A DNA stretch of 64,000 nucleotides, from positions 141,734,001 through 141,798,000 of the forward strand of contig CM059432.1 in assembly GCA_030390025.1 (NCBI GenBank), in the 5' to 3' direction. The first letter of the stretch is position 1; the number at the start of each line of letters is the position of its first letter. The notes under the pieces were generated by a model. That model saw nothing but the letters and a program-made list of their open reading frames with translations, was not told the origin of the DNA and did no database searches. Source of the DNA: Squalus acanthias (lineage: Eukaryota). Shown here one piece after another: positions 59,891 through 64,000 of the stretch. Made by a program: the position numbers and the translations under genes.

Positions 59891-60501
59891 AAGTGTTGGA
59901 ATGTTGCTAAATGGATGGCCTACTTCTGCCAGCCTTCAAAAGAAAAAGACAGAGTGTAAAGCAAAATATAACTTTTTAAATCACTTCCCCTCCAAGGGCT
60001 GTTTCTCACCAGCCATTCATCTTAGTGAACATTTTCGATTTGTAGTAAGGGCGAACGCTAAATGATAAAATGTTTGATATTTCCAAAAGGCTGGCTAGCC
60101 CTCAGATTCTAGTATTGGAGGTCATTTATCTTCGTGCATTCTGATCAAGAAAGATGAGGGGCATTGAATAATCTGAGGTTGAAAATGGAATGTTACTAAA
60201 GGAAAGATCAACTTTCATACAAAATGACTTGCAGCTGCAACATTAAAAAGGATATGATGGATTTGCCCGCCTCCATTTTTAGCGCGATCACGTCTGTGTA
60301 ACAGAATTAGCAGAATGGCCGAGTGAGATAATAAACATCATTTCAGCCACAGGTGGTGCTATGCAGCTCTGACCTTGTGCTGAGATCACTAAATGGATGA
60401 CCCACTTCTGCCATCTTTGAAAGAAAATATGAGTGCATGTAGAACACAAATAACTCAAATAGATTCAGTGGAATGTCAGCCTGGCCCCTCACTGATGGGA
60501 A

Positions 60502-60560
60502 CCAGTCAGTGTTCCCTTTTTCCAGTCAGTGTTCCCTTTTTCCAATCAGTGTTCCCTTTT
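60502..60560. repeat. 20-bp tandem repeat CCAGTCAGTGTTCCCTTTTT x3
   Basis: Read directly from sequence. Confidence 0.9.
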
Positions 60561-60689
60561 ATTAGTTGCTATGCAAAAATACGAACTGAAAACTACCAAA
60601 GATATTTAGACATTAATCACTTACAGAATGTTCCTCTCTAACGTTCAGTGCTGAAAGCAGATAGCCAAGGATCTATTTTACACCCACTG

Positions 60690-60940
60690 GCGAATAAGTC
60701 TGGGGCTCTTTTCTCTAGAAAAAAAGAGAAGGCTGAGGGGTGACCGAATAGGTGCCTTTAAGATTATGAAGGGGTTTGATAGGATAGACGTAGAGAAGAG
60801 GTTTCCACTTGTTGGGGAGACCAAAGCTAGGGGCCATAAATATAAGATAGTCACTAATAAATTCAATAGGGAATTGAGGAGAAACTTCTTTACCGAGAGT
60901 GTGTTGAGAATGTGGAACTCGCTACCACATGGAGTGGTTC
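60690..60940 (+). mobile_element. CR1 fragment
   Basis: MKGFDRIDVEKRFPLVGETKARGHKYKI..FFTE.VLRMWNSLP. Confidence 0.85.
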
Positions 60941-61172
60941 AATTCTGGTCAAAGTCTGACCTCAGGTGCTAAGTGTTGACGTCAGTGGCAGGAGTTATTT
61001 GTGAAATTTAACCTGGTTGCATAAACCTTTTCCAAGTACTGGGTTGTACAAAGAATTACATCCTCAATTTTCTTCCATGTAACACCGATCACAACCAACG
61101 TCACCAGCATCTACATGCACAGTGGCCTGTACTGTCCCTTCCAAATTGCAGGTTACATTGGCTTCCAATCAT

Positions 61173-61493
61173 AACGTCTTTCGGATGGGACGTTAAACTG
61201 AGGTCCTGTCTGCCCTCTCAGGTGGACGTAAAAGATCCCACGGTACTATTGGGAGAGGAGCAGGGGGGCTATCCTCAGTGTCCTGGCCAATATTTATCCC
61301 TCAACCAACACTTAATTCAGATTATCTGATTGTGTATCTCATTGCTGTTTGTTGGAGCTTGCCATGTGCAAATTAGCCGTCGCGTTTCCTACATTACAAC
61401 AGTGACTACACTTCAAAAGTACTTAATCTGCTGTAAAGCGCTTTGGGACATCCTGAGGTTGTGAAAAGCGCTATATAAATGCAAGTCTTTCTT
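61173..61493 (+). mobile_element. Deu-type SINE, 5'-truncated
   Basis: Shared core and tail GCGCTATATAAATGCAAGTCTTTCTT. Confidence 0.88.
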
Positions 61494-62299
61494 TATAATT
61501 AAAAAAAAAGAATTAGCAGCTTTTTAAATATTATAAAACAACTGTGTATAAGAGTAGCTTGCTAACCAAATGAACTCATTAAAAATAATGAGAACACAAA
61601 AATTAAAGACTCATTGGGTGTATTTGGACAGTCAAAATGTTCTCTTAATATTTTAATAAATGCAAACTTTTTCTACTATACTATGGCTAACTAGACCACT
61701 CATTCAGTTAAATTGCAATCACAAAGTTAAGCATTTGAGTTTTATCTGAATAACTGGTTAGCCACTGGTACAATGGAAATAGATTGCAGAAAAGGGCAGA
61801 AATTCCCCATAAATGTCTCACACATCCACATTTGAGAAATTCATGAGGATGACTTACTTTTCACATCTTAAATTTTGAATTTATTAGCTATCTTAAGCAA
61901 GCCCCCTCTTTACCTTTTGTTTGAGGGCTTCTATAGACTCGAATTCCAGCCTGGCTACTTTATTACGAATATCACTTGGTATATCAGAGATGGCAAATGC
62001 CAAGATAAATTTCAGTGCCAACAGGATATGCTGCAAAACATAAAACAGAGAACATAAGATTATTATCCAACATCACAACATTATAATTAAGGGAAATACT
62101 CAAAATTATTTTAAGTTTTACAAAAGAATGTACATATATTGCATACTACAACATATCCCATAATTTCCAACATGGAGGAAATACTTTATACATACAATAA
62201 TTATTCCTCGAGATATATCTGGCCATCTAGAGGGTGGGACACCTACACCTGAGGCTTCAATACTCCCAACATGTACAGTTAACCACTTATATTTTCCTA

Positions 62300-62690
62300 A
62301 CGTGACCCGATAGAGGTCTTTAAAATTATGTATGGGGTTTGGTAGGGTAGATGTAGAGAAGATTTTTCCACCTGTAAGGGAGTCCAAAACTAGGGGCCCA
62401 TAAATATAAGATAGTCACTAATAAATCCAATAGGGAGTTCAGGAGAAACCTCTTCACCCAGAGAGTGGTGAGAATGTGGAACTCGCTACCACAGGGAGTA
62501 GTTGAGGTGAATAGCATTGTTGCCTTTAAAGGGGAAGCTAGATAAATGCACAAGGGAAAAAGGAATAGAAGGGTATGTCGATGGGGTGAGATGAAGAAGG
62601 GGTGGGAGGAGGCTGGCGTGGAACATGAACACCAGCATAGACCTGTGGGCCGAATGGCCTGTTTCAGTGCTGTAAATTCTATGTAAATGG
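62300..62690 (+). mobile_element. CR1 3' fragment
   Basis: FTQRVVRMWNSLPQ; tail GAATGGCCTGTTTCAGTGCTGTAAATTCTATG. Confidence 0.85.
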
Positions 62691-62909
62691 GACCCTAAAC
62701 TGTAAGAAACTTCCTTCTCTCCATGCTTTCATGTAGGGTATTTCTTGAACCAAATATCCCCAAATCTCAATACACTGGAGTTTACTCTGAAATTAAATCC
62801 TTTACTACCCTCAGTAGATTTCTTCCGGGTACCTTTACAATTAAACACCAAAGTTTTACACAGAAATGCTGTCCATTCACATCAGGAACTTTCCAATAGC
62901 ACATTCTAA

Positions 62910-63766
62910 GGCCGCGATTTTATCAATGGAGGTGGGTTGGGTGCAGGTCAGGTGGTTTCTGGCTTCCAGTCCCGCCCCCAACCACATCCAGCCCACAGAT
63001 GTGATTTTACGTTGATTGACCTTGTTAAGCCCGCCCTGCGGGCTTGGCGGCCAATTAAGAGGAAGCGGGTCAGATGACATCATTTGATGACGCGTCATCT
63101 GCCAGTTTCCTTGAAGGGACCACACAATTTTATTTTGACAGTTGATTTCTCAGTATTTGACAGCATTGAGGTGCTGCAAACACTGACAATCACTGCACAA
63201 AGGTGACCTCATGCACCCAGGCTCTCCAACGACTCCCTCCATAGGCTGGAATAGATGGCAGCTGCAGGTGAGGTGACAGAAGCGATCTCACTGGTGAGAG
63301 GGGTTCTCCCAATGAGGTGGCACTGGACATGGATTTCAAAACTTGTAACCTAAAGAAATGTGTAAATGTATTAAAAATGCATTTCCCAACATTTTCTTAC
63401 CCGAGTCTCCAGTGCAACATTGGATCCTTCACACCACTTCTGCAGCGGTCATCAATCCAGAAACATTACAGTAGACTCACAACACGCCACACTTACCTGG
63501 CGTGGTGTCCGGACATCGGGAAACCCGAGCCAGAAGCGGCAAAATTCAAAAATAGCCTGTCAACGACTAGCAACTACCTGTTAATAGGCCTTTAATCCTC
63601 TTCCCGCCGCTAGGTGTCGGGTCCATGCACAAATCGGGGACCCGACACTTGGGAAAATTGTTTGGAGACAGGTTGACTGTGGGATCGCAACCCGCCGTCA
63701 ATCAAAACGATTTTAACCTTTGACCCGCCTCCAAAACCCGCCCTGAGTGCCGGCAAAATCCAGCCC
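62910..63766. mobile_element. Putative non-autonomous Harbinger-type DNA transposon
   Basis: Imperfect TIRs GGCCGCGATTTT / AAAATCCAGCCC (9/12), TAA on the left flank; GC-rich subterminal regions; internal APRLSNDSL resembles the start of the Harbinger Myb/SANT ORF. Confidence 0.5.
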
Positions 63767-64000
63767 AAAGTCTTTTCTCTAGACTGAAACAAGTAGCAGC
63801 CTTTGATTTATTATAAACCCCAGACCACAAGTCGATCAGGGTAAGCACCTGTAAAATGTATTCACAGTATCTTCACAATCCCCTCCACAACATTTCATCG
63901 AATATTACACCACATAGGCCAGCTAATTGCATCTATACTGGGTCTCTGAAAGAGCTACCTGGGCTGTGGGGCAATCTAATCAAGATCTTTTAAATGATAA

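Noticed and set aside
60502..60560. Short tandem repeats as a possible CRISPR-like array
   Set aside because: No spacers; eukaryotic context; simple slippage repeat

Overview
Vertebrate genomic DNA, most likely a cartilaginous fish (shark; inferred from the repeat families). It contains the complete SNRK gene (SNF-related serine/threonine kinase) on the + strand: a CpG-island promoter with non-coding first exon(s) at ~1-570 and five coding exons (14683-15271, 27844-27985, 29429-29641, 31534-31668, 35667-36864) that splice into one open 758-aa frame. A ~1.9-kb 3' UTR ends at AATAAA 38743. On the - strand, a 78-nt terminal coding exon missed by the ORF track (47125-47202, QMKEADESLAKEQQHDEMKREKKGN*) most likely belongs to ANO10/TMEM16K, tail-to-tail with SNRK. 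The rest is dominated by decayed mobile DNA: many CR1 LINEs (one with ORF1, some nested), a second APE-RT LINE family with short derivatives, L2, L1/Tx1, tRNA-derived Deu-type SINEs, Harbinger remnants and MITEs. The most notable hidden signal is four minimal hammerhead-ribozyme motifs in two families of short Penelope-like repeats; one pair shows compensatory base changes in stem I. Repeat family names and human comparisons come from recalled knowledge, not database searches, and repeat boundaries are approximate.
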